Shown: positions 1-11,487 of the stretch, in pieces
Layout of the letters: the number at the start of each line of letters is the position of its first letter
Numbering within the stretch: position 1 is the first letter of the stretch
Notes under the pieces: model-generated
Seen by the model: only the letters and a program-made list of their open reading frames with translations
The model's database searches: none
What the model was told of the DNA's origin: nothing
Assembly: GCA_951406725.2 (NCBI GenBank)
Contig: OX597820.1
Coordinates: 34,286,001-34,350,000, forward strand
Direction: 5' to 3'
DNA: 64,000 nucleotides
Source of the DNA: Octopus vulgaris
Lineage: Eukaryota
Translations under genes and position numbers: made by a program

Positions 1-625
1 AACTGCATTTTCATCTTGGGGAAGAGACGGTGCTCCACAGGTGCTAAATCTGGCAAATAGGGGTGGGTGTCGAAGTGATACCATGTTGTTTTTGGCGAGT
101 GCTGAGAGCTCAGTAACAGGGTGCATTGTTGTCGTGAAGAATCCAATTCTTCACACTCCACAGATATGGTCACTTTCACTGAATGTCGTCCCCCAAATGC
201 TTCAAAGCATCGTTGACTGTCCTCCAACGATCCTCATACACAAGCCGATGAACTTTCTCCCCACTTCCAGGGATGATACTCATCGTCTTCCACATTTGAA
301 GCATCTGTGCCACTTAAAACATTGCGTACAACCCACTGCCTTGTTGCCATAAGCTTGCCGAAGCATGCTCAATGTTTCTGTAACAGTCTTCTCAAGTTTA
401 ACGCAAAATTTCACCTTGGATCTTGGTTCCAACTTGCTGCCCATGACAAAAATTGCAGACTGCAGCATACACCGCATCACAAAAACACAAATTTCACAAC
501 TTGCGAAGTAATCACACTGATGTCATTTGGCACACTGCCTCATGAAGGCCACTGCTAGCTCTCACTGCACATGCAACCACGTACTGCCTTCTGTTGGCAT
601 GCTACAGAACTAGTCTGAGAACTTT
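1..625 (-). mobile_element. Internally deleted mariner-type transposon relic
   Basis: Minus strand encodes a mariner N-terminal HTH-like segment (KVKFCVKLEKTVTETLSMLRQAYG...CFKWHRCFKCGR, ORF 280-480). Near 40-160 it encodes catalytic-domain remnants (WILHDNNAPC...RHPPYLPDLAP). A homologous copy lies at 6337-6648. Confidence 0.85.
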
Positions 626-680
626 GTAAAGCTCTCTACCACTTTGTAAAGCTTTCTACCACCTTGTAAAGCTCTCTAGC
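621..680. repeat. 20-bp tandem repeat x3 (actttgtaaagctctctacc)
   Basis: Directly visible; it replaces the terminus that the 6337-6648 mariner copy retains. Confidence 0.9.
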
Positions 681-1284
681 CATGACTATCCAGCCTGCTA
701 TTCAAGCATAGAGTATCCTGGATGCTGTTATCCAAAATGTTTTTAAAGATGGCCGGGTGTAATTTGAGGGAGATTTCTTGTGGGTTGTGTGACCATGCGT
801 AAAGTTTTTGTCATTGCCTCACAGCAGCTGTGATGGCAGTGTAGGTGGTGGTGGCAGTGGTAAAGTTTGAGGTCAAGATTGTTGCAGTGATGGTAGTAGT
901 GGAGGCAGGGATATTTTTGGTGGAAGTAGAGGTGATGGTGTTCAAGTTAGAGATGTTAACAGTGGTGGTAGTGGTGGTGGTCATCAAGGTAGAGATGTGA
1001 TGGTTGTGTTGGTGGCGGTGGTGGTGGTGATTGAGGTATAGATGTTGATGGCGGGAGAAATAATAGTGGTAGTGGTGGTGGTCTTGTCGATGGTTACCTC
1101 AGCATGCTGTGCACAGTTGCATCGCTGTTTCCTTAGCCTGTTTCCCCACCCCACCCCATCCACTCTGTACTTCCTGCCTCTCTCCCCTGCACATTTTGCA
1201 CCCACCTAATCGGTTTCTCTGTTGCAATTGTTGCACTGTCTCCAACAGATGTCTGTGGCACATGAATGCTGCTTTGACAACTCA

Positions 1285-1915
1285 GCAACACCACCACCAC
1301 CAATCACCTCATTCGTTGCCACTGCCACCACCACTGTCACCGCCAGCACCACCACCTCCACCTTTGACACCATCACTACTATCACTACCATTACCACCAC
1401 CAACCACCTCCTCCATCACTGCTATCGCTGCTGTCAACACTATTGCCGCCACCATTGCCACCACCACCACCACTACCATTATCGCTGCCATCACCACCAT
1501 CATCACCATTACAAAAACCACCACTACCACCACCACCACCACCATCACCATCACAACTGTCACCAGCATTACCACCATTGCCACTACCACCTCCTCCATC
1601 ACCACTATCGACACCATTGCCACCACCACCACCACCACCACTACCATTATCGCTGCCATCACCACCATCATCACCATCACAAAAACCACCACTACCACCA
1701 CCACCACCATCACCATCACAACTGTCACCAGCATTACCACCATTGCCACTACCACCTCCTCCACCACCACTATCGCCACCACCATCACTATTGCTGCCGT
1801 CCACCATCATCACCATTACAAAAACCACCACATGGCTCTCATTACCACCGCCAACACCACCACCACCATCATCCCCACCACAGCTGCTACCACTGTCACT
1901 GTTGCCACCATTATC
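1285..1915. repeat. (CAC/CAT)n-rich low-complexity tract with an internal ~170-bp duplication
   Basis: The block accattatcgctgccatcaccaccatcatcaccat...acaaaaaccaccac recurs near 1475 and 1644, and partly near 1790. It is open in most frames (poly-T/H/P). Confidence 0.9.
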
Positions 1916-2749
1916 CAATCGTAGGAACTCCCCTTCCTCTCCCGTCACCACTCCTATGCTAACCTGATTAACACTACCTGCCTGCCTACCAACCCCTTTT
2001 CTTCTTTAATTTCTTTTTAAATGCCTCTCTCTTTCTCTCTCTCTCTCTCTTGCTCTCTCTCTCTCTCTCTTGCTCTCTCTCTTTCTCTCTCTCTCTTTCT
2101 CTCTGGTGTGTGTATATGTATCTCTAGTGTGTGTCTCCCTTGTGCGTAGTGTTTTGTGTGTGTGTATCTTTTCCTTCTGTGTGTGTGTATGAATTTGCAT
2201 GTGCATGTGTGTTTCTCTCCTGAGTGAGTGTATGTGTGTGCGTGCATGTGTTTCCCCCCATCTCCCCTTTTTCTCGTATATCTGTGTATGTATGTATGTG
2301 TGTGTCTTTACAACTGTCTGATATTCTTCAGCCGATAATTGGTGCCATTAAAGTACATTTTACAGATATAGTACATTATGCAGTAAATTTTACAGATACA
2401 AAAAAAAAAAAAAATCCACAGCTTTTGCCTCTGATGGTGAAACAGAGACCTTTGATATAAATGCAGGAATTCTTCAATGTGATACTGTAGTGCATTTCCT
2501 TTTTGGCAATGTCTTTGAGTATCAGTGGATACAGTTAATAGTAAAGATTTTTTACTCTGAAACAATGCTTATGCTGTGCATTCATAAAACCAATACAGAT
2601 TTCACAGACAATCATGCCCTACTTCCTTATTCCTTATGGAAGCACAAGATCTAACAATGTCCTTCAAGACATCAGCAAACCAAGTAGGGTTTTAGCTAAA
2701 TGACATTATTTACACCTGATGGATATTTGTCCTCATCTTGTTTGTTGTA

Positions 2750-2795
2750 AACACAACATTTCGGCTGATATACCCTCCAGCCTTCATCAGGAGTC
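2750..2795 (-). ncRNA. Minimal type I hammerhead ribozyme-like motif (left arm)
   Basis: Minus strand reads gactc-CTGATGA-a-ggctg[gagggtatat]cagcc-GAAA-tgtt-gtgtt. Stem II is 5 bp; GAAATGTT differs from GAAACGTT by one CpG-type change. Confidence 0.6.
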
Positions 2796-3112
2796 TTGGG
2801 GAAATTTCGAACCTGGGTTCTCATTCCTAAGGTATTTTTCGATGTTATTATTATTATTATTATTATCATCATCATTATTATTATTATTATTATTATTGTT
2901 CAGGTCACTGCCTGGAATCGAATTCGGAATCTTGGGGTTAGTAGCCGGCGCTCTTAACCACTATGCCATTTGCCCGTAGTGGTTAAGAGCGTGGGCTACT
3001 AACCCCAAGATTCCGAGTTCGATTCCAGGCAGTGACTTGAACAATAATAATAATAATAAATAACATTCAAAAATACCTTAGGAATGAGAACCCAGGTTTG
3101 AAATTTCCCCAA

Positions 3113-3158
3113 GACACCTGATGAAGGCTAGAGGGTATATCAGCCGAAATTTTGTGTT
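3113..3158 (+). ncRNA. Minimal type I hammerhead ribozyme-like motif (right arm)
   Basis: gacac-CTGATGA-a-ggct[agagggtatatc]agcc-GAAA-tttt-gtgtt. Stem I is gacac/gtgtt and stem II is ggct/agcc; stem III has decayed. Confidence 0.6.
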
Positions 3159-3941
3159 AACAACAAACAAGATGAGGGCAAATATCTGTCAAATGTAAAT
3201 AATGTAAATATAGTATTAGTGATGTAATTTTTGTCTGGTGCTCCACCAGTTCTGTCACTCACTGCTCTTTTTGATATTAACATCATGCTCCCAGTACACC
3301 CTGTAAAGTGGTTGACAATAGGCTGGGCATCCAGCTGTAGAAACCAAGTCAAATGACACGTGTAAGCACCAGTCTGAGGAGCATTAGCTCCCAATTACAG
3401 CTGACACTGTCCAACCCATGCCAACATGGCAGGCAGACATACGATGATGATGACGATGCTTTCTAAATTTAGGAAGGGGTGACACATTCTAAGGGAACAA
3501 ATATTTTATTAAATTGTATCCTCCATCTCTGTTACTCCTATCTGCCACCCGCATAATGATAACAATAGGGAGTGTAACATTTCAGTCATATTGCAACCAT
3601 TTATATCGAACATGTGATATTTCATATAGTAAGGGTCAGTATTATCCATTTATTTTATCGCTGCCACCATTTTAATCTCTTTTTCACTTCCACTCCGACC
3701 ACTCCCATCTTATTCTTTTCTGGCCCCTTCTCTCACATGTTTAAATCCTTCTTCTCCTAGCATAAGTCTGCCTCCCCCTCTACTGTAGCTCCAGTCACTG
3801 AAAGGGGATATTAATTTTGCATGCTGCATGGCAACCTCATTAGTGCTGGGGCCATACAAAAAGTAGTAGCACGCACTAGTACTTGCTGTAAAATGGCTGG
3901 CATCAGCAAGGGCAGTCTAGGTATAGAAACCATGCCAAAGC

Positions 3942-4576
3942 TAAGGCAGCGAGCTGGCAGAAACATTAGCACGCTGGGCGAAATGCTTAGCGGTATTTCG
4001 TCTGCTGTTATGTTCTGAGTTCAAATTCTGCCGAGGTGGACTTTGCCTTTCATCCTTTTGGGGTCGATAAATTAAGTACCAGTTACGTAGTGGGCTCGAT
4101 GTAATTGACTTAATCCCTTTGTCTGTCCTTGTTTGTCCCCTCTGTGTGTAGCCCCTTGTGGGTAGTAAAGAAATAGGTATTTCGTCTGCCGTTATGTTCT
4201 GAGTTCAAATTCTGCCGTGGTCGACTTTGCCTTTCATCCTTTCGGGGTCAATAAATTAAGTACCAGTTACGCAGTGGGGTCGATGTATCGTCTTAATCCC
4301 TATGTCTGTCCTTGTTTGTCCCCTCTATGTTTAGCCCCTTGTGGGCAATAAAGAAATAAGAAACGTTAGCATGCCGGGCGAAATGCTTTAGTAGTATTTC
4401 GTCTGCCGTTATGTTCTAAGTTCAAATTCCGCTGAGGTCGACTTTGCCTTTCATCCTTTCGGGGTCGATAAATTAAGTACCAGTTACGCAGTGGGGTCGA
4501 TGTAATCGACTTAATCCCTTTGTCTGTCCTTGTTTGTCCCCTCTATGTTTAGCCCCTCGTGGGCAATAAAGAAATA
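3942..4576 (+). mobile_element. Tandem trimer of tRNA-derived SINE (family A)
   Basis: Three copies of gagttcaaattc...gactttgcctttcatcctttcggggtcgataaattaagtacc...aaagaaata. Flanked by a near-perfect 17-bp direct repeat agaaacc(a/c)tgccaaagc at 3925-3941 and 4577-4593. Confidence 0.9.
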
Positions 4577-5117
4577 AGAAACCCTGCCAAAGCAGACATT
4601 GGTGTACAACGCTATCTTCAGGACCCGTCAGATCCTGTTAAACCCTCTAACCCATGCCAGCATGGAACATGGACATAAAAATAATGCTGATGATTTACTC
4701 TCTAAATGCCGATGTAGCTAGGAAACGTGTCTTATTACTAGTTATTTAAATTTGCTTTGCAATCTTCGATTATTGACATCATATTCATGTAGGATTATCT
4801 CTTGGGATTTAATTGTAGCAATAAATCGATCTGTGTATCAGCATTATTTTTTCTTTTTTTTTAGTTGTCTTTTGTCTTTTTTTTTTTGTTTTTCTTTTCT
4901 CTCCCCCATTATCTTCTTTTTCTATAGGTTGTTTGTGTGTTGTGGTTTTCCAGTATTGTAGTTTTGAACTTTGTAATAAATTATCTGGCTACAAGATGTC
5001 AACATAGGTTAAGTATTAAAGCATTAGATTTCTGATCAGGGGAAAATCCTCTCTGATAATCGAACTTTATCTCTGATATTTATACAAGTTTGTCTATAAT
5101 ACTGGAATGTATTATAC

Positions 5118-5440
5118 ATGTGGTTAACAAGCTCACTTTGCAATCTTGTGGTTTTGGGTTCAGTCCTACTACGCTGCATTTCTGTCAAATGTCTTCAACT
5201 ATTGCACCAGGCTGACCAGTGCTTTTGTGAGTGAAGTTGGTCAGTGGAAACTGTGTGAAAGCTTGTCATATATGTGTGTGTGGTTGTGTGCTTGTGTTTG
5301 CCTTCCCCCATTCACTTGACAACTGGTATTGGTTTGTTTATGTCCCTGTAACTTAGTGGTTCAGCACAGGTGACTAAACACTTCAAGCTGGTGCCCCAGC
5401 ATAGCCACAGTCCAACAACTGAACAAGTAGAAGATAAAAG
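5118..5440 (+). mobile_element. Diverged SINE (family B)
   Basis: Degenerate match to the full copy at 21763-22156 (gggttcagtcc, gtaacttagtggttc, gtgccccagcat). Confidence 0.7.
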
Positions 5441-6336
5441 ATAATGTGATCACTCATTTATCCCTGCTATAGCAAGAAACATGTTCTGTTCTGGCTGCTC
5501 CTTCAGCCATATTCTAACCCCTCATCCCTTTGCATACCCCTTTCTTGTGGGTAGGCAGGCCATGGCCTTACGAGCTGCTTAGTGACCTCACTAGTGCTGG
5601 TGATATGAAGAAAAAAAAACACTCAGTATGCTCTGTAAAGTGTTAGGAAGGACATCAAGTTGTGGAAGCCATTCCAAGATGGACAGTGGAGCACGATGCA
5701 ATCTTTTGATCTGTTTGGATCCTGTCAAATCATTCAACGCATGCCAATATGGAACAAGGATGTTAAATGCTGACAAGAGAGGCTTCAAGTTGCAAACAAC
5801 ATAGCCATGTAGTTCTAGGTGCAGTGACTGCAATAAGTATGAAGACATTGGGATAATGTAGTTTTATGTACACTGTCATCATCATCATCATCATCATCTT
5901 AATGTTCTCCTATCTTGCCCTTCCCATCACACCTCACAGCACTTCACATAAAGTAACCACTCTATTTTGTTTCCTCCCATTCAATAGAGAGGTGCTTTGG
6001 CCTTGCAAGTTACAAGGTGCCTCACTAAATTGCTGGTGCCATGAAAAATGGCTCTCAGTACATTCTGTCAAGTGGTTGGCATTAAAAGGACATCAAGTCA
6101 TAAAAGTCATGCCAAAACTGAGACACTGGAGTAACATGTGGCCCTCCAGCCTGTTGGATTCTGTGAAAACATCCAAACCCCTGCAAGCATCGAAAGTGGC
6201 TGGATCAGGCAGACTTTGCTGGAGGTAGATTTTCTATGTTCGGATGCTTTTCCTGTACCCAACACTCACCTGTTTCCAAGCTCTAAAAAAAATGATAAGC
6301 ATGCTCTTGATTAAGCTGCAGTTCTGTGGTACTGCT

Positions 6337-6648
6337 TTTGAAGTGTCTGTGCCACTTGAAACATTGCGTACAACCATTGCTTCATTGCCGTAAGCTTGCT
6401 CAATGTCTCTGTAGCAGACATCCTAAGATTAACACAAAATTTCACCCAACTTCCTGCTCACGACAAAAATGAAACTACAGCACACGCTTGACCATACAAA
6501 CACAAATTTCACAACTTGCAAGGTACACGCAGTGATGTCATTTGGTACATTGCCTCATGAAGGTCACTGCTAGCTCTCACTGCGCATGCAACCATATGCT
6601 GTTGGCAAGCTACAGAACTAGTCTGGGAAGTTTTTGCTACCACCTCGT
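6337..6648 (-). mobile_element. Mariner relic, 5' end with TIR-like terminus
   Basis: Colinear with about 295-625; ends in gaagtttttgctaccacctcgt. Confidence 0.85.
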
Positions 6649-7213
6649 CTACTGTGTATTGACAAATAGAGGCAGAAACTGAAAGAAGCCGGCCGAATAT
6701 ATTTGTGTATGTGTGTTTGTTTGTGTCTCTTGTCACGTGATGATTGTAAATGAATGTCATCCTCCTAATGAGCTATGTTGTTTATTTGTAATCTTCTGTG
6801 AAAGCATGCCTGACTGTGTGAAAGTCTTCTCATGCCTGGAAACGTGTGAGGGTTAGTAACAGGAGCATCTGGACATAGAAAATCTGTCTCAATGAACTGT
6901 GTTTGTACCATGCAAAGCATGGAAAAGTGGACATTAAAACGTTGTTGATGATAAATTTCATATATATGTATACACACACACAAAGCATGTCTCTCTTTCT
7001 CTCTGTCCCTGGACTAATCTGTTCAGTGCATCTACTGCTTGATTATAAAGGCTAAGATAATTAGGTTTATCTGCATTCTGTTTAATTCTACACATCCTGA
7101 TCATCATCATCATCACTGTTGTTGTTATGCTACTTATAAATTATAATTAGAGTTGTTCTTACTGTTGTTGATAATGTTGTTATTACTGCTGCTTATGTTG
7201 TTTTTGTTTCTTC

Positions 7214-7250
<37 letters not shown>

Positions 7251-7251
7251 T

Positions 7252-7611
7252 AACGATATGTGCATCTCTGATCACGAGCAGAAGTAGTGGGGGAGCATCA
7301 CAGCCATGTGTTGAAAAGGATTCTTTGGAGTTTGATTAATTCACCTCTGGAAACATGGGTGTTTCGTTCAACGTCCTTAAACAACCCTTATTCAGGGACC
7401 TTTTGGGCGGTATGGGTTACTCGACCAGAAGAAAATTCTAACTGGGTCCCACCTGCAAGATCATGTGCTGTTTATCTTGATATGAGATCACCATGTCGTG
7501 CACATATGGTTGTGATGCATGTGCCTAGTGTACCCTTATCAGACGGGTAGTCATGGGCTTTGTATATTTTACCCCAGTGTCACTTTGATGGCATGCACTG
7601 CTCTCTCATTC
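7252..7611 (+). mobile_element. Probable 5'-truncated non-LTR retroelement 3' end embedded in (AAT)n
   Basis: A ~360-bp complex sequence flanked on both sides by pure (AAT)n tracts, with no TIRs. Confidence 0.6.
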
Positions 7612-8029
7612 AATAATAATAATAATAATAATAATGTTGTTGTTGTTACTGCTGCTTATTCTGTTTCTGTTGTTACTTGCCATATTATCAGCATGATTGT
7701 GAAAGTGGCCAGTTGGCTGAGTGGTCATAGCATTGGATAGGTTTTGCTCTGCCATAACCAATCTGGTTCCCTGCATCCTGAGTTCAAATCCTGCCGAGGT
7801 TAACTTTGCCTTCCTTCTGACTGGGGTTGATAAAAAAAAAAATAAGGTACCAGTTAAATACTGGGGTTGAGGCTATTTGGTGGGTGTCGGTCGTTAGTTC
7901 GTTAATGTAGCTTCCCCTTCAAATTTTTAGATATAGGACTCATCGAAACACTTCTGCTCTATCTTTCCTCCTCCTGCTCCCCTCCCCCCTCTTCCACTTT
8001 CTCCTCCCCCTTCATCCAACTCCTCTTTC

Positions 8030-8340
8030 TCCTCCTTCATTCACCTCTTTCTCCTCTTCATCCACCTCTTTCTCTTCATCCACCTCTTTCTCCTCTTCAT
8101 CCACCTCTTTCTCTTCATCCACCTCTTTCTCTTCATCCACCTCTTTCTCCTCTTCATCCACCTCTTTCTCCTCTTCATCCACCTCTTCCTCTTCATCCAC
8201 CTCTTTCTCCTCTTCATCCACCTCTTTCTCCTCTTCATCCACCTCTTTCTCCTCTTCATCCACCTCTTTCTCCTCTTCATCCACCTCTTTCTCCTCTTCA
8301 TCCACCTCTTTCTCCTCTTCATCCACCTCCTCTTCCTCCA
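8030..8340. repeat. 21/18-bp pyrimidine-rich minisatellite (tcatccacctctttctcctct)
   Basis: About 14 near-identical units are directly visible; they produce the EEEKEVD and MKRRKRW pseudo-ORFs. Confidence 0.95.
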
Positions 8341-9397
8341 TCATCATTGATCTCATTGTTGTCATCCTTATCATCACCCTCTTCTCCTTTTTACACACCC
8401 CTCCCCCTCCACTTTTGATTTCTCCTTTCTCCAATTCCTTCCACTTTCACTGTCCTTGATCTCTCTCTCTCTCTCTCCCCTATAATTTCTCTCACAGATT
8501 TCTCTTCTCCTTTCCATCATCGTCATCGTCACTTATTCCTCCTGCTCTTCACTTTCTTCTCTATCTAATTTCCCCTTTCTCTCAACTACTCTTTCTCTCT
8601 CTTCTTACTCCTCCCACAAATTTCTCGTTCTTTTGCTCATGCAGTGTTTGAGAGAAGCCTTTGCCCCTCCCCCTCCCTAATACCATTTTCTTCTCCACTT
8701 CATACACCTCTCTATCTGCTCCCTTCTCTTACCTCTCTCTTTCTTATCATCTCTAAACTTCTACTCTTACCTCTCATTTCTCCTCCACTCTTTCTTCCTC
8801 TCACTTCTACCAACTTTCTCTCTCTCTCTCACACTTTATTCTTTCCTTTCTTCTCCTCTTACATCTCTCCCTTCTATCAATTCTCTATCAGTCCCCTGTG
8901 TGTGTGTCTCTCTCTCTCTCTTTCTCTTATCAGTTCTCCCTTTCTCTCTCAATCATCTTTCTTCTACTCTTACCGTTACCGTTTCTCCCCTCTACACTCT
9001 CTCTCTCCTCCCTGCAGCTGTTTCAAATCTTCCTTTTCTTCTACTCTTACCTTTACTCTCTCCTTATTTCTTCTACTCTCACCTCTCCCACTCTCTCTCT
9101 CTGCCTCTAGCTCTTTTATACCTTTCTCTCTCTCTCTTCTACTCTTACCTTCTCTATTTCCACCCCCACCTTTTGTCTATCTCTCTATTGGTCTTTCTTT
9201 CTCTTCTTTTTCTCCTCCTTACTCTCCGACTCTCCTGTCTTTAACACACAGCTGATCAATCATATATATATCTAATTGATTAGTTGTAGTCCTAAATGTC
9301 TGGAACATTGTCTTTAACATGGCCATTGATCACCATTATTGAATTTCCCCATACTGATTGGTACTCTGTCACATGCTTAGAAATGGGAGAGACATAT

Positions 9398-10145
9398 TTG
9401 CATAACTGATCCTTACACATCAACTTTATAAAGGGCTTGGTATAGCTGCATATCCTACCCCTGCACCCAAGATTAACTTACAAGGGAAAGGGTGTAGATG
9501 ATATAACTGAACCATGCACAATGGATTTGTAAGTGGAGGAGTCTTGATGACATAACTGACACTTGCTCTTATCTGATTTATAAAGGTAGAGATACGATTG
9601 CATAACTAACTCTTGCACCCTAGATTTATAATGAAGATATGATTATACATCTTCCTCCTGCACACCAAATTTATAAGAGGCGGGTCATCATCATCATCAT
9701 CATCATTTAACATCTGCTTTCCATGCTAGCATGGGTTGGATGATTTGACTGACATCTGGCGAACCAGATGGCTGCACCAGACTCCAATCTGATCTGGCAG
9801 AGTTTTTACAGCTGGATGCCCTTCCTAAAGCCAACCTCTCTGAGAGTGTAGTGGGTGCTTTTACGTGTCACTGGCACAGGGGCCAGTCAGGTGGCCACGC
9901 TGAAATGGTGTTTTTTATGTGCCACCTGCACAGGAGCCAGTCCAGCGGCACTGGCAACAACCTCGCTCAAAAGTTTTTTCACGTGTCACCAGGACAAGTG
10001 CTAGTAAGGTGATGCAATAGTTGATATAACTAATCCCTGCACAAATTTTAAAGGGACGGGTGTAATTTCAACATCTGCACACCTGATTTATAAGAGAAGG
10101 ATTCAGTTGATATAACTGACCTCCTATACATCATTTAAAGGGGAA
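9398..10145. repeat. Degenerate ~50-bp tandem array interrupted by a family C element
   Basis: Recurring ataactga...tgcac...gatttataa units at 9398-9680 and 10015-10145. Confidence 0.65.
9685..10015 (-). mobile_element. Retroposon family C with (GAT)n tail
   Basis: (CAT)n-tttaacatctgctttccatgctagcatgggttgga...cagctggatgcccttcctaa; closely similar to 27776-28312 and 38070-38545. Confidence 0.85.
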
Positions 10146-11079
10146 AGAAAATGATGATGATGGTGATGATGATGATGGTTGCTATGATTTCAGAGCAACC
10201 ACTTCTACTAATTAAATTGCCTGGTTAAGAGCTTTTAAGTGAATTTATTTCTCAACCTTTTGAATGGATTTATTCCATGTAAGCCCTTACTGCTAGCCAT
10301 GTATTGCTAACCATGTACAAAGACTTCTTTCTCTGCCAGCTTGCTTGTAACCCTATATTATCTCTTATGCACCCATACCTTAAACTGGATACACTGTATT
10401 GAATTCTTACCTTCTCCTTTTCTGTACACTAAGCATGACCATTTCTCAAGTAGAAGTAGAGTCCTGTCTTCTAACTCTCTAACTATTGTCTTAGCTAGAT
10501 TAACTTTAACCTTTAGCACACTGCATTTTCTCTAGAATTGTTTCCCCTGCCACTGCCCTGTTACTACAGGGGAGAAAACTCATATGGTGACATGATGTGC
10601 TTCAGGTTAAGGTCTCTTGATTCAAGGCTTTGGTTCTCTTCATTCCTACTCTCCTTCTCTCTTCTCTTCACTCCTACCCACCTTCTCCTTCCCCCTCCAT
10701 CGTCACCCCTCCCGTGTAAGCCCACCCACCCCTACACATTCCAACCCCACCCTATCCCTTACACTCACTCCCACATACCCCACCCTCTGCCTACCCACGT
10801 ACACCACCTCTACCCCACCCCACCTTTGCTTTCCCCATTCTCACTTCCCCCACCTCCCAACACCATCACACCACACCACTACACCATACCACACAACACA
10901 TCACATCACCACGTACACAACAGCACTGACCACTTCCCAGCCCCACATTTTTACACCTACACATACACACATCAAGGTCACCAGCCCTCTTCCACACGCA
11001 CATACAAACTCTCTTATACTCACGTTTTGGGTTCACCACTATTTTATTATCTCCCCTTCTTCCTAGCTCTCTTGTGTGA

Positions 11080-11280
11080 CCCTTCTGTCCAGCATTCACC
11101 ATGATAAATTGCTAGCCACTACACATTCTTTATTTTCTCTCCTTGTTTCTTTCTGTGGATGTGCGTAGGCTTGAAACATTAAAGACTTTCTGACTTCCTG
11201 AGCATTATATCAATACATCTGTTTGTTGTCTACACCACCTGTCTTTGTCTTTTGTTTTTTTTTTTTGTTAATTCTCCCCT
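11080..11280 (+). mobile_element. Penelope-like pLTR-type repeat with decayed hammerhead motif (11148-11185)
   Basis: tcttt-CTGTGGA-t-gtgc[gtag]gctt-GAAA-catt-aaaga. Stem I (tcttt/aaaga) is intact. The downstream ttcctgagc motif is shared with the 23950 and 37081 repeats. Confidence 0.5.
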
Positions 11281-11337
11281 TATCGTTTAGCGTCCGCTTT
11301 CCATGCTAATATATATATATATATATGTATATATGCG

Positions 11338-11487
11338 AAGGGCTTCTTTCAGTTTCTGTCTACCAAATCCACTCACAAGGATTTGGTTGGCTTGAGGCTA
11401 TAGTAGAAGACACTTGTCCAAGGTGCCATACAATGGGACTGAACCTGGCACCATGTGGTTAGTAAGCAAGCTACCTACCACACAGCT
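11338..11487 (-). mobile_element. SINE family B, 5' half
   Basis: Reverse complement of the tRNA-like head and ccttggacaagtgtcttctactatagcc segment. Confidence 0.8.

Larger units (their letters stand above)
2703..3205. mobile_element. Foldback of two head-to-head tRNA-derived SINE-like units, each with a hammerhead-like motif
   Basis: Arms 2703-2963 and 2977-3205 are reverse complements around a 13-nt spacer. Each unit has an A box (TAGTGGTTAAG), a B box (GTTCGATTCC), (AAT)n and then CTGATGA...GAAA. Confidence 0.85.

Noticed and set aside
1109-1967. Mucin-, His-, Pro- and Gly-rich ORFs in several frames
   Set aside because: Trinucleotide low-complexity sequence, open in nearly all frames on both strands.
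2895-3040. Functional tRNA genes
   Set aside because: A/B boxes and an anticodon-like arm are present, but there is no proper acceptor stem and the sequence continues into a repeat body. These are SINE heads.
8012-8434. Acidic EEEKEVD repeat protein
   Set aside because: A minisatellite in a pyrimidine tract, with no splice or complexity support.
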